A stretch of 42,034 nt of DNA from Deltaproteobacteria bacterium GWA2_55_10 (lineage in GTDB: Bacteria > Desulfobacterota > GWC2-55-46), in the NCBI GenBank assembly GCA_001797415.1, contig MGPL01000081.1, positions 1-42,034 on the forward strand, read 5' to 3'. Shown here piece after piece: positions 16,401 through 24,392 of this stretch. Every line of letters begins with the position of its first letter. The first letter of the stretch is position 1. The position numbers and the translations under genes are program-made. The notes below the pieces were generated by a model, which searched no databases, was not told the origin of the DNA, and saw only the letters and a program-made list of their open reading frames with translations.

Positions 16401-17356
16401 AGCCTGCCCCAGATATATACCAATGCCACGACGAGTGCGCTCCCCAGGAGCGCCGAAAATATATAGATGAGTCCCCCGAACGGCCCGCTTGCCCCCGGGA
16501 GGCTGTAATCAGGAAGAAGGCCCTTCCAGCCGCCTCCGTACTTCTCTATCCCCGCCGGGACATAGCCCAGCAGACGAAAGAGCTCTTCGCTCGACCATTC
16601 GCCCCAGGGCTCTCCAGTCGCAAAGAGCCCTAAAGGTGTGAGCACCGCAAGCAACACAAGGACTACCCACAACGGCTTCAATGAGCCACCCTCGTGCAAG
16701 AGTCCTTTGTCCATCCTGTGCGCGTACGAGACTATAAGCGCTGTCCCGGCTGCTTCGATCGGGCCAAAGAACAGGAGGTGCGGCAGGACCATTGCCGGAA
16801 CCGAGATGCTCAGTGGGTAAGGCGCGTAGAGCGCCCTTCCGTCAGGCCCGTGCGCAATTATCGGCTGAATGCCCAGTTCCACCGCCGCGGCCAGCGCCGT
16901 CAGGTTTATAGCCACATACCCCGCTACCGCGGCGGCGAAGACCCTCCTGGCAGGTCCTGCGTCACCCACGGCAAGCACCCGGTATATGTAATATCCGGGC
17001 AGGCACATCAGAAATGCCATGTTAAAGCTGTTGGCCCCGAGAGTCGTAAGGCCGCCGTCCCCGAAAAAGAAGGCCTGCAGGCTGAGAGTCAGGCTCAGGG
17101 CAACAATGGCTGCCCACGGGCCAAGCGCTATTGCCACCACCGCACCCCCTATCATGTGGCCCGTAGAGCCGCCGGGGATGGGGATGTTGAACATCATTAT
17201 GACAAAGGTGAACGCTGCGCCAAGGGCCAGCAAAGGCAGCTGTTTTAACCTGAGCTCCCTCTCAGCCCTCTTTGAAGCGTAATACCAGACAGGGGCCATT
17301 ACGGCGTAGAAGACCACGCATGTAGCCGGGCTCAGGTATCCGTCAGGTATGTGCAT
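16388..17356 (-). CDS. cbiM: ECF substrate-capture component CbiM fused to a CbiN-like (PDGLE-type) C-terminal module
   Basis: The N-terminus MHIPDGYLSP is the invariant CbiM/NikM start. The C-terminal ~100 aa has two TM segments flanking a …LLPDYSLPG… loop, as in CbiN/PDGLE. Confidence 0.85.
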   Translation of the reverse strand: MHIPDGYLSPATCVVFYAVMAPVWYYASKRAERELRLKQLPLLALGAAFTFVIMMFNIPIPGGSTGHMIGGAVVAIALGPWAAIVALSLTLSLQAFFFGDGGLTTLGANSFNMAFLMCLPGYYIYRVLAVGDAGPARRVFAAAVAGYVAINLTALAAAVELGIQPIIAHGPDGRALYAPYPLSISVPAMVLPHLLFFGPIEAAGTALIVSYAHRMDKGLLHEGGSLKPLWVVLVLLAVLTPLGLFATGEPWGEWSSEELFRLLGYVPAGIEKYGGGWKGLLPDYSLPGASGPFGGLIYIFSALLGSALVVALVYIWGRLWKR

Positions 17357-17400
17357 CCAGGCTCCTTACCGGCAACGATACCTTATCATATACCGGCCGG

Positions 17401-18426
17401 CTATTTCGCCCCGACCGCGCTTGAAGCCACAATCGCAAGCGCGTTGACTATGGCTACCGCGACAGTGCTGCCGCCTTTCCTGCCCCTGGTAAGGATATAC
17501 GGAAGGCCGCTCTTCTCGAGCTCTTCCTTGGCCTCTACCGCGCCCACGAAACCGACAGGCACGCCTATCACAAGGGCAGGCCTGGGCCCGCCTTCCCTTA
17601 CTATCTTTATCAATTCCATGAGGGCCGTCGGCGCGTTGCCTATGGCCAGGACAGCGCCGTCCATGTACCCGGCGGCCTTTCTCATGGACGCTGCCGTCTT
17701 TGTCATATTGCCGGAGAGCGCTGCCTCGGCAACATCCCTGTCAGCCGAGAAGCAGAGCACCTTTGCGCCGAAAGGCGCGAGCCTCGCCCTCGCGATCCCA
17801 GCCTCGATCATCTTTACGTCCGTGATTATATCCCTGCCAGACCTTACCGCCGCAATGCCGGATTCAATCGCGCCGGGACTGAAAGCGAGGATATCCTTGT
17901 ATTCAAAATCAGCGGTCGAATGTATGACCCTCTTTATTATGGGAAGCTCGACCGGGTCCAGGGCCGCCTCGTCAAGCTCTGTGCCGATTATCCTGAAGCT
18001 CTCCTTTTCTATCGGGTGCTGGCAAGGGACTCCCTCTTTTTTTTCAGCCGGCATGGCCCCGCTTATGCGCTCTATCGTGATATCGACCAGTTTGTCATGG
18101 AAGCCCAGGTTGTCGGTTACTCTTACTTGAAGCCCGGCGTGCCTTTTTTTCGCCTCCTCTATCTCTGCCGGGAGGTCCTTTGTGACATGAAGGCCCGCGT
18201 AGAGGAAATATGGCATGACAAGTATGTCCCTGAAGCCCTTTGATACGAGTATGTCAGCCGCTGCCTGGAAATCCGGCATCTCCATCTGAAGAAAGGCGCT
18301 CTGGACGCATCCGTAACCGCCCCTCTCCTGCAGGGCCTTTGCCACCATTCTCAACGTCTCGTTGGCCTCCGGCGCCTTGCTCCCGTGGCCCAACAGCATA
18401 ACCGCTTTTTTCCCGGCTATTGACAT
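17401..18426 (-). CDS. cbiC: Fusion of small sirohydrochlorin cobaltochelatase (CbiX-S) and cobalt-precorrin-8 methylmutase (CbiC)
   Basis: From ATG 18426: MSIAGKKAVMLLGHGSKAPEANETL…VMPYFLYAGLHVTKDLP (CbiX), then …HPIEKESFRII…KRVIHSTADFEY…ITDVKMIEAGI…GNAPTAL (CbiC). The track start at 18699 runs through the riboswitch and its terminator. Confidence 0.85.
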   Translation of the reverse strand: MSIAGKKAVMLLGHGSKAPEANETLRMVAKALQERGGYGCVQSAFLQMEMPDFQAAADILVSKGFRDILVMPYFLYAGLHVTKDLPAEIEEAKKRHAGLQVRVTDNLGFHDKLVDITIERISGAMPAEKKEGVPCQHPIEKESFRIIGTELDEAALDPVELPIIKRVIHSTADFEYKDILAFSPGAIESGIAAVRSGRDIITDVKMIEAGIARARLAPFGAKVLCFSADRDVAEAALSGNMTKTAASMRKAAGYMDGAVLAIGNAPTALMELIKIVREGGPRPALVIGVPVGFVGAVEAKEELEKSGLPYILTRGRKGGSTVAVAIVNALAIVASSAVGAK

Positions 18427-18456
18427 AATCGTCCCTCTCTTGATTCTGTACGGACA

Positions 18457-18494
18457 AAATAAAAAAGCCCTCTCTTCAAAAAAGAAGGAGGGCT
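18457..18494 (-). terminator. Intrinsic terminator of the cobalamin riboswitch expression platform
   Basis: The minus strand reads AGCCCTCCTTC-TTTTTT-GAAGAGAGGGCT followed by TTTTTATTTT, about 30 nt upstream of the cbiX-cbiC start codon. Confidence 0.75.
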
Positions 18495-18559
18495 GAAAAA
18501 GCAAAGAAAATGCCGCGCCCCTCACCTTCTTTACCATCGAAGAACCCGTGAGGCATATC

Positions 18560-18731
18560 CAGGCAGGTCTCCTGACTCGCGGTCTTCTCTGCCTACTCCC
18601 CGCGCCTTCCCGGCCTTTTAAGGCCAGTGGCTTCTCGCGGGTTTCGTTACCGCTTACAGTGGCGGGTCCGTTCCCGATTCTCCGCTTAACGCGGACCACG
18701 GGATTCCCTTTTTAGCCCCTTGGGGCTACCC
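18560..18731 (-). promoter_or_regulatory. Cobalamin (B12) riboswitch aptamer
   Basis: The minus strand reads GGTAGCC…AAAAGGGAATCCCGTG…GGACCCGCCACTGTAAGCGG…GAAGCCACTGGCC…GGCCGGGAAGGCG…AGTCAGGAGACCTGCC. The last block matches the B12-box consensus. Confidence 0.92.
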
Positions 18732-18757
18732 AGATATGTCTAAAATCAGTTTTCAGA

Positions 18758-18786
18758 ATAATTGCATTTTGAGGCCCTCTTGTCAA
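18758..18786 (-). promoter_or_regulatory. Sigma-70-type promoter for the riboswitch-led cbi operon
   Basis: On the minus strand: TTGACA (18786-18781), a 17-nt spacer, then TGcAATTAT (extended -10-like, 18763-18758). It sits about 25 nt upstream of the aptamer. Confidence 0.5.
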
Positions 18787-18898
18787 CCCCCTACTTTCTT
18801 TTTTAAAAAAAGAAAACAGGCAAGGAAAAAACAATTGTGCCTTCTTAAGCGGGTCGCCGGTTCAATCTTGCAGATTGAACCGAAAATTTTTTCAGCCA

Positions 18899-18935
18899 TT
18901 AAAAATAAACAAGGTTCAGGGTGCAACCCTGAACC
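18899..18935 (-). terminator. Intrinsic terminator after the diadenylate cyclase gene
   Basis: Hairpin GGTTCAGGG-ttgca-CCCTGAACC followed by TTGTTTATTTTT on the minus strand. A second, similar hairpin GGTTCAATCT…AGATTGAACC lies at 18858-18880. Confidence 0.6.
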
Positions 18936-18970
18936 TGCCGCGAAAACAATTATTATTCACCACCCATAAA

Positions 18971-19891
18971 TCATACTCTCTTTACCGGCATCCCGGGCTT
19001 TACGGACGGCCTCTCAAGCTCGAGGAGTATCTTGCCTTTCCTGAATATCCTGACTATTCCGGTAGAGCCGGATATCGTTATGGCGGCTGCTTCTGTGACA
19101 TCGGTTATCCCGGCGGCGGACATGTGCCTGCACCCGAGGCCTGGCATAAGCCCCTCTTCCTCGAGCGCCGCGTCAAGGTGGATCCCCGCGGCCATTACGA
19201 CCCCGTCCTCTCTTATGATGAACGCGCCGTCGAGGAGCGAAAACTCCTTTATCGTCTCGTGCACTGCCTCGTCGAGGATATTCCTCGAGTCTTCGGGATA
19301 GCCCTTGAACGGGTTCATTATAAGCGGCCTCGAGAGCTTCATCACCTTGTCGTTATCGCCTATTACAAAGGTGGTGCCGACGGTGCGCCCCTCCCTGCCT
19401 TCGCTGGCGAGCTCGAGCGCGATATTAAGGACAGCTTCGAGCACCTCTGGCTTGACCTTTTTGAAAAGGTCCATCGAGATGCCCATTGCCGTGAAGACCT
19501 CCGCCTCTTTCTTCAGGTCTATTATCATCAGGCTGTCAAGTATGCCGTGCACAGGCAGGCCGGTCACGCATACGACCTTGTCAGAGCTCTTTATTATGCC
19601 CTCCGCCACGCCCATTATAAGGGAGAGCTTCACCTGGCCAATGCGTGTGAGCCTCACGACCGGAAGCTTGAGGATAGCCTTCACTTCCTTCCTCAGCGGC
19701 TCAAGCGTTTTCAACGTCTCTTCGCTCTGGGTGATGAGGACGAACCTCTTCTTGTCCCTGGACCTCCTCCAGAAGCCCCTGTCCTCGATGGCATCGACGA
19801 AGAAAAATAGCGCGCCCGCCCTGTGGTCCTTGAGCGCGGCAACCGCGCCAGCCATCATCTTTTTATTCAGCATGAGCGCGTTCATCGTCAT
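18971..19891 (-). CDS. Diadenylate cyclase (DAC/DisA_N domain) with an N-terminal pyruvate-kinase-C-like regulatory domain (DacZ-like architecture)
   Basis: The C-terminal half reads GTTFVIGDND…LDGAFIIREDG…GLGCRHMSAAGITDVTEAAAITISGSTGIVRIF, carrying the DGA and RH motifs of DAC domains. The ATG shares one base with the trmJ TGA (TGATG); an alternative GTG start is at 19894. Confidence 0.75.
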   Translation of the reverse strand: MTMNALMLNKKMMAGAVAALKDHRAGALFFFVDAIEDRGFWRRSRDKKRFVLITQSEETLKTLEPLRKEVKAILKLPVVRLTRIGQVKLSLIMGVAEGIIKSSDKVVCVTGLPVHGILDSLMIIDLKKEAEVFTAMGISMDLFKKVKPEVLEAVLNIALELASEGREGRTVGTTFVIGDNDKVMKLSRPLIMNPFKGYPEDSRNILDEAVHETIKEFSLLDGAFIIREDGVVMAAGIHLDAALEEEGLMPGLGCRHMSAAGITDVTEAAAITISGSTGIVRIFRKGKILLELERPSVKPGMPVKRV

Positions 19892-20658
19892 CACCGCCGC
19901 TCTTTAACGGTGCGCGCCTGCGTCTGAGCGAATATGCCACGGAGCATATTCACCTCCTTCATCATGAGTCCTGTCCTGCCGAAGAGCCTCCTGAAGCTCC
20001 TCATTATGGCCTCGAGCAGATACTCTCCGCCCTTGTCGCCGTAGCCGAGGCCCTTCAACATCTCCTCCAGGTGGGCGTACATCTTCTCGACCTCTTCCTT
20101 CGGAGCCGCCTTGATAGTGGGCTTTTTCGGCATCTGGGCGCTGAAAAGATGATAGCAGATAATCATGACCGCATGGGAGAGGTTGATCGACGGGTACTCA
20201 TCAGATGTGGGTATCTCGACGAGCATGTCGCAGACCGGTATCTCCTCGTTCAGCAGGCCCCTGTCCTCCCGGCCGAAGAGTATTCCGACCCTGCTCTTGT
20301 GAGCGAGCCTCAATATGGCTGGCACGGCCTCGTCAAGCGATAGCACCGGGAACCTCTGCCTGCCTATCCTCCGGGTAGCGCCCACTATTATCGCGGGCTC
20401 GTTCAAATAGCTCGCAAGGTCAGGGAAGACCCTGGCGCTTGCGAGCACAGCGTCGGCCTTGCAGGCCATTGAGTATGATTCGTTGTTCTTGTAATCGCAG
20501 GGGTTTATGAGTACAAGGTCAGAAAAACCCGTGTTCTTCATGACCCTTGCCGTGCTGCCGACATTGCCTGAGCTCTGGGGCTCGACGAGCACGATGGAAA
20601 TATTGGCGTTGGCCGGGGGCCTGGGAGCCTTTGGTTTGGGTTTGTTGCTTCTTCCCAT
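19891..20658 (-). CDS. trmJ: tRNA (cytidine/uridine-2'-O)-methyltransferase, SpoU/TrmH class
   Basis: 255 aa. ISIVLVEPQSSGNVGSTARVMKNTGFSDLVLINP…ILFGREDRGLLNEE…PSINLSHAVMIICY matches the TrmJ pattern. Confidence 0.8.
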   Translation of the reverse strand: MGRSNKPKPKAPRPPANANISIVLVEPQSSGNVGSTARVMKNTGFSDLVLINPCDYKNNESYSMACKADAVLASARVFPDLASYLNEPAIIVGATRRIGRQRFPVLSLDEAVPAILRLAHKSRVGILFGREDRGLLNEEIPVCDMLVEIPTSDEYPSINLSHAVMIICYHLFSAQMPKKPTIKAAPKEEVEKMYAHLEEMLKGLGYGDKGGEYLLEAIMRSFRRLFGRTGLMMKEVNMLRGIFAQTQARTVKERR

Positions 20659-20703
20659 TGGATAGACTTCTCCTGTCAGGTTTAGACAGAAAAGTATATC
20701 ATT

Positions 20704-20731
20704 TACTTTCTTTTTCGAGAAAAAGAAAGTA
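20704..20731. promoter_or_regulatory. Perfect 12-bp AT-rich palindrome upstream of trmJ (possible operator or terminator)
   Basis: TACTTTCTTTTT-cgag-AAAAAGAAAGTA, ending 46 nt upstream of the trmJ ATG. Confidence 0.25.
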
Positions 20732-20778
20732 AGGCGGTTCAGGCGCGTTTCGGCGGGCCATTGAGCTTGAAAATCTTG

Positions 20779-20845
20779 TTCAGGCTGCTCAAAAAAGTCC
20801 GGATGCGAGGCCCCGGTTAAATCGGGGAGCGAGGAATGAGGCGTA
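20779..20845 (+). repeat. Family-A repeat, copy A3 (left half only, truncated)
   Basis: ttcaggctgctcaaaaaagtccggatgcgaggccccggttaaatcggggagcgaggaatgaggcgta. Homology stops in the middle of the central hairpin, 6 nt before element C. Confidence 0.85.
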
Positions 20846-20851
20846 TATTAA

Positions 20852-20997
20852 AGGCTACCTCTAAAAATTAGGAATTTTTTCTGAGGTCAAGGAAGGGCGG
20901 AAATAAAAAGCGCAGCATATGTTGTGGTATATGTGAGCATTTTTATTTTCGCCCTGACACAGAGATCAGGAAAAATAACAATTTTTAGCGGTAGCCT
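20852..20997. repeat. Family-C element: 146-bp imperfect long palindrome
   Basis: Termini aggctacctctaaaaatt and aatttttagcggtagcct. Inner arms gggcggaaataaaaa and tttttattttcgccc. The whole left arm aligns to the reverse complement of the right arm. The right terminus contains the stop codon of the 351-aa gene. Confidence 0.7.
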
Positions 20998-22051
20998 AAA
21001 CTACGAGATCGATTTGCTGAACTGTTCCTGGGGTCATGTCTTCGGTGAGGAACAGGCCGGTCGATTGCACCTGGCCGGTCGTGGTGTTGAAGGAATCCCT
21101 TACCTCGAAGCTGGTATTGGTATAGGAGAGGCTTATTGCCCCGATATTGAACTCCTTAAGGGTCTTCAATACATCCTTGCCGTCCAGGTCCTTTGACCAT
21201 ACGAAAAGGTTGTTATAGGCCTGGTCAGCCTCGTCTATCCACTTGTTGTTGTCGTGGTCGAGATGCGCCAGCTCGCTGAAGCCGTTGCCGGTCCTGGGGC
21301 CGAAGAGCTCGTTTCCGTTATTTACCTTGCCATCGCCATTGAGGTCGATCGCGAGAAAGCCTGAGCCGTGGCCCGCAAACGGGATAAGCTCGTTTGTCCC
21401 GTCTGAATCAAGGTCGAACTCGAACTTCATGGAGGTAAGCTCGGCCGCGCTTCCGCTGTAGTTGATCACAAGCGGGTCTATGGCGTTGCCCGCCTTTACG
21501 CTGGTATTTGTCTCGGTGATGGACGCCCTCATCATGCTCAGGCTCAGGTCAAATGATATTTCGGCGCCGTCCTTTGTCCTTATCGTGCCTGACGCGCTGA
21601 AGGTCACCGCCTCGACGCTCGCCACAGTCTCGCTCGACTCATAGGTCATGCCCCATTCGGGTGCGGCTTCGGCCTGAGCGGTCTCTCCGGCATTTTTAAG
21701 GGCCTCGACATCGCCGGGCTTAACCGGCTCGATGCTCATGACCTTTATCTTCTTGCCGGTCAGGGCCTCTAACAGGAGCTTCTTTACGAAGGTCTCGTTG
21801 TCAATGCCCTCGGGCATCTCTATCGCGCGCCTCTCGCAGCCCCCTTCAACGAACCTCTTTTTCATGGACTCGAAGCGGGAGCGGGCCTCCTCCGATATCT
21901 CAAGGGTATCCGCGACAGGGCGGCGCATCGCATCTCTGTCGTTCTCCGAGGGCCTCGGCCCAAGCCAGGCCTTTAGCTCGCTCTTTTTGGCGCCGTGCTC
22001 GACATGCGAGCGCAGAGCGTTCATGCTTATGTTGGAATCGGCTATTACCAT
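20996..22051 (-). CDS. Calcium-binding-repeat protein (DxDxDG / EF-hand-like loops), function unknown
   Basis: 351 aa. The C-terminal half contains DLDSDGTNELIPF, DLNGDGKVNNGNELFG and DHDNNKWIDEAD. No obvious signal peptide. Confidence 0.6.
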   Translation of the reverse strand: MVIADSNISMNALRSHVEHGAKKSELKAWLGPRPSENDRDAMRRPVADTLEISEEARSRFESMKKRFVEGGCERRAIEMPEGIDNETFVKKLLLEALTGKKIKVMSIEPVKPGDVEALKNAGETAQAEAAPEWGMTYESSETVASVEAVTFSASGTIRTKDGAEISFDLSLSMMRASITETNTSVKAGNAIDPLVINYSGSAAELTSMKFEFDLDSDGTNELIPFAGHGSGFLAIDLNGDGKVNNGNELFGPRTGNGFSELAHLDHDNNKWIDEADQAYNNLFVWSKDLDGKDVLKTLKEFNIGAISLSYTNTSFEVRDSFNTTTGQVQSTGLFLTEDMTPGTVQQIDLVV

Positions 22052-22112
22052 ACTCTCTGTGTTTATTTCGGCGGATCCGGGCGGGGCTTTATGGATTTTT
22101 CTTGAAATAAAA

Positions 22113-22143
22113 TTCAGGGGAGGCTGATAAAGCCTCCCCTGAA
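22113..22143 (-). terminator. Intrinsic terminator after the sigma factor gene
   Basis: Perfect 13-bp stem TTCAGGGGAGGCT/AGCCTCCCCTGAA, followed by TTTTATTT on the minus strand. Confidence 0.65.
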
Positions 22144-22226
22144 CATCACTGCGGGCTTTGGGGGCGGGCTGTAAGGGCGGCTAAGTCCTGCGGAATATCT
22201 TTGGAAGGAACGTCATATCAGTCCTG

Positions 22227-23141
22227 TCAAGCCACATCCGAGTATTCTATATCCGTATCATCGGCCATCTGTCTCAATTTGCCCAGTGCCTTTGCCTCTA
22301 TCTGCCTTACCCTCTCCCTGGTTATCCCGAATTCCCTTCCTACCGTCTCAAGCGTCTTGGGGTCCTGCCCGTCGAGACCGAAACGCTCCCTTATGACTAC
22401 CTTCTCGTTCTCGTCCAGGCATTCGAGCCACTGCCTTACCTTCTCGGCCCTGTCCGCGCTGCCTATGGCCTCCATGGGCGGCGGGTAGCTCTCGTCCTCG
22501 AGCTTCTCGACCAGCGGCTGCTCCGTCTCTTCGTTTACGGCGGCCTCGAGCGAGTAGCTCTTCCTGTTTATGCCGTTGAGCTTCTTCACATACCTGCCTG
22601 AGAGGCCGGTCTTGCTGGATATCTCGCCGACGCTCGGCTCCCGCCCGAACTCCATCGTGAGGTCCCTTTCAGCCCTGGCGACCTTCGAAAGGTCGGTCGT
22701 AATATGAATAGGCAGCCTCACAGTATTTGCCTGGTTGGCTACGGCCCTGTCTATCGACTGTCTTATCCAGTAGGTCGCGTATGTCGAGAACTTGCAGCCT
22801 TTCGAGGACCTGAAGCGCTCGACCGACTTTATGAGGCCGATGTTCCCTTCCTCGATGAGGTCCTGCAGGGGCAGCCCCCTGTTCAGGTATCTTTTGGCTA
22901 TGTTCACGACAAGACGCAGGTTGGCCTCTATCATCTGCCTCCTGGCCTCGGCGTCGCCTTTCGCTATCCTCCTTGCCAGGCGCTTCTCATCGTCTGCCGT
23001 GAGAAGCCGTATCCTCCTTATCGTCTTGAAGTACGCGTTTATCGTATCGGTGCCGGAGCTCCTTTCAGCGGAACCGTCTTCCCCTGTCCGTGAACCCCTG
23101 CCGAACCGTGCAAGTATTACATTGTCCCTTGACTCTTCCAT
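22227..23141 (-). CDS. RpoD-family group-2 sigma factor (RpoS-like)
   Basis: Regions 1.2 to 4 are present: …[35 protein letters not shown]…[15 protein letters not shown]…TVRLPIH…[23 protein letters not shown]. The start is placed at ATG 23141, behind a GGGGGAGG Shine-Dalgarno sequence; the track start at 23159 is TTG. Confidence 0.8.
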   Translation of the reverse strand: MEESRDNVILARFGRGSRTGEDGSAERSSGTDTINAYFKTIRRIRLLTADDEKRLARRIAKGDAEARRQMIEANLRLVVNIAKRYLNRGLPLQDLIEEGNIGLIKSVERFRSSKGCKFSTYATYWIRQSIDRAVANQANTVRLPIHITTDLSKVARAERDLTMEFGREPSVGEISSKTGLSGRYVKKLNGINRKSYSLEAAVNEETEQPLVEKLEDESYPPPMEAIGSADRAEKVRQWLECLDENEKVVIRERFGLDGQDPKTLETVGREFGITRERVRQIEAKALGKLRQMADDTDIEYSDVA

Positions 23142-23176
23142 GGGCCTCCCCCGTTGCAAGGCCGCCGGACTGCGCG

Positions 23177-23302
23177 CTATCGCTCCTTTTCAGAGGGCTT
23201 CCCCTCTTTTGAGAGAGAGGATGATCCGCATTCAGGACACTTCTTCGGTTTGCAGCGCGACTCCTTCGACCAGCCGCACTCTGCGCATCTCCAATCTGCC
23301 AT
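23177..23302 (-). CDS. 41-aa zinc-ribbon / mini-rubredoxin-like protein (not in the ORF track)
   Basis: Hand translation gives [41 protein letters not shown]. It has two knuckles, CxxCG and CPxCG. An AGGGGGA Shine-Dalgarno sequence lies 7 nt upstream, 13 nt after the ahpC stop. Confidence 0.5.
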   Translation of the reverse strand: MADWRCAECGWSKESRCKPKKCPECGSSSLSKEGKPSEKER

Positions 23303-23315
23303 TTTGCCGTCCCCC

Positions 23316-23915
23316 TTAGAAGTGCGACTGCGCGTAGTCCTCCAGACCGGACTGGCTGGGCTTCATGCCTTCCGCGCCCTGTTTCCAGTTAGCCGGGCAG
23401 ACCTCGCCGTATTTTTCGTTGAACTGAACTGCGTCCAGGACCCTCAAGACCTCGTCCACGTTCCTTCCGAGCGGAAGGTCGTTTATCGTGATGTGGCGTA
23501 TCTTGCCGAGCTTGTCGATTATAAACAAGCCGCGGAGCGCAATGCCGGGCTTCTCGACCAGCACCCCGTAGTCCCTGCTTATGGACTTGTCCAGGTCGGA
23601 CACCAGCGGGTAATTGATCTCTCCGATGCCGCCCTTCTTCCTTGGCGTGTTCCTCCACGCTACGTGCGAAAACTGGCTGTCGACCGAGACGCCGAGGACC
23701 TGGGTGTTCCTCGCCTCGAACTCCTCTATCCTGTCGCTCATAGAGATGACTTCAGTGGGGCATACGAAGGTGAAATCAAGCGGGTAAAAGAAAAGGACTA
23801 CATATTTGCCCCTGTAGTCCGAAAGCTTCACTTCCTTTATGGAACCGTCCTCCATAACGGTGGTCGCCTTGAAATCCGGAGCCTCGTTCTGTACTATTGC
23901 CGATGTTTCAGCCAT
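23316..23915 (-). CDS. ahpC: Typical 2-Cys peroxiredoxin
   Basis: 199 aa, with [14 protein letters not shown] (peroxidatic Cys) and GEVCPANW (resolving Cys). Confidence 0.9.
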   Translation of the reverse strand: MAETSAIVQNEAPDFKATTVMEDGSIKEVKLSDYRGKYVVLFFYPLDFTFVCPTEVISMSDRIEEFEARNTQVLGVSVDSQFSHVAWRNTPRKKGGIGEINYPLVSDLDKSISRDYGVLVEKPGIALRGLFIIDKLGKIRHITINDLPLGRNVDEVLRVLDAVQFNEKYGEVCPANWKQGAEGMKPSQSGLEDYAQSHF

Positions 23916-23933
23916 TTTTCCTTTTCCTCCTTG

Positions 23934-24356
23934 TTAATTAATGTTTTTTGTACGGCACGCGTTGCACACGCCATAGAAATCTATATGATTCCCGGTCGTG
24001 GTGAACTGAGATGTCACCTCGTCAGGAAGATTGAGAGCCGCGGAGTAATCAACGAATACGTCGCCTATCCTGCCGCACCCCGTGCACATGATGTGGTGGT
24101 GCGGGGCCGGGTTCGGGTCAAAGTGCTTCCTTGCCGGGTCTATGGTTATCTCGAGGAGCTCGCCCTTGTCCCTGAGGACCTGGACCGTGTTATAGACGGT
24201 CGCGAAGGATACTGTCGGATACCTCTTCTTGATCTCGGTGTAGATATCCTCGGCCGTAGGGTGGCTCGTGTTCCCCTCGAGGAATTTAAGTATCGCGATC
24301 CTCTGCGGGGTGAGCTTGAAACCCTTGCCCCTGTATTTCCTGACTATCCTTTCCAT
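23934..24356 (-). CDS. perR: Fur-family peroxide-responsive repressor (PerR-like)
   Basis: 140 aa, with LTPQRIAILKFLEGNTSHPTAEDIY…HHHIMCTGCG…GVCNACR. It lies immediately upstream of ahpC. Confidence 0.75.
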   Translation of the reverse strand: MERIVRKYRGKGFKLTPQRIAILKFLEGNTSHPTAEDIYTEIKKRYPTVSFATVYNTVQVLRDKGELLEITIDPARKHFDPNPAPHHHIMCTGCGRIGDVFVDYSAALNLPDEVTSQFTTTGNHIDFYGVCNACRTKNIN

Positions 24357-24392
24357 CGATAGCTCCCATGTAAATGCGAATGATTACTAACT

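Noticed and set aside
17401-18699. ORF-track model of a 432-aa protein starting at 18699
   Set aside because: The first 91 codons run straight through the cobalamin riboswitch (B12 box at 18562-18578) and its terminator. The CbiX homology begins only at the ATG at 18426, which has its own Shine-Dalgarno sequence. The N-terminal extension (MVRVKRRIGNGPATVSG…) is Arg/Gly-rich translation of structured RNA.
18736-18969. 77-aa ORF in the intergenic region between the diadenylate cyclase gene and the cbi promoter
   Set aside because: It spans two terminator-type hairpins, an AT palindrome and the predicted promoter. It has no ribosome-binding site, and the composition looks non-coding.
18875-19810. 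Long + strand ORFs antisense to well-supported minus-strand genes (18875..19810, 23154..24362, 17351..18130, 15646..16470, 14786..15544, 19305..19907 and others)
   Set aside because: Each lies entirely within a minus-strand gene that has strong family motifs. Their translations are low-complexity (Arg/Leu/Ser/Pro/His-rich), as expected for shadow frames in GC-rich DNA.
21995-22051. Flagellin-like N-terminus on the Ca-binding-repeat protein as evidence for flagellar export
   Set aside because: The similarity covers only about 15 residues and was judged by eye. No flagellar genes are in the window. I kept it as a caveat within a finding, not as a call.
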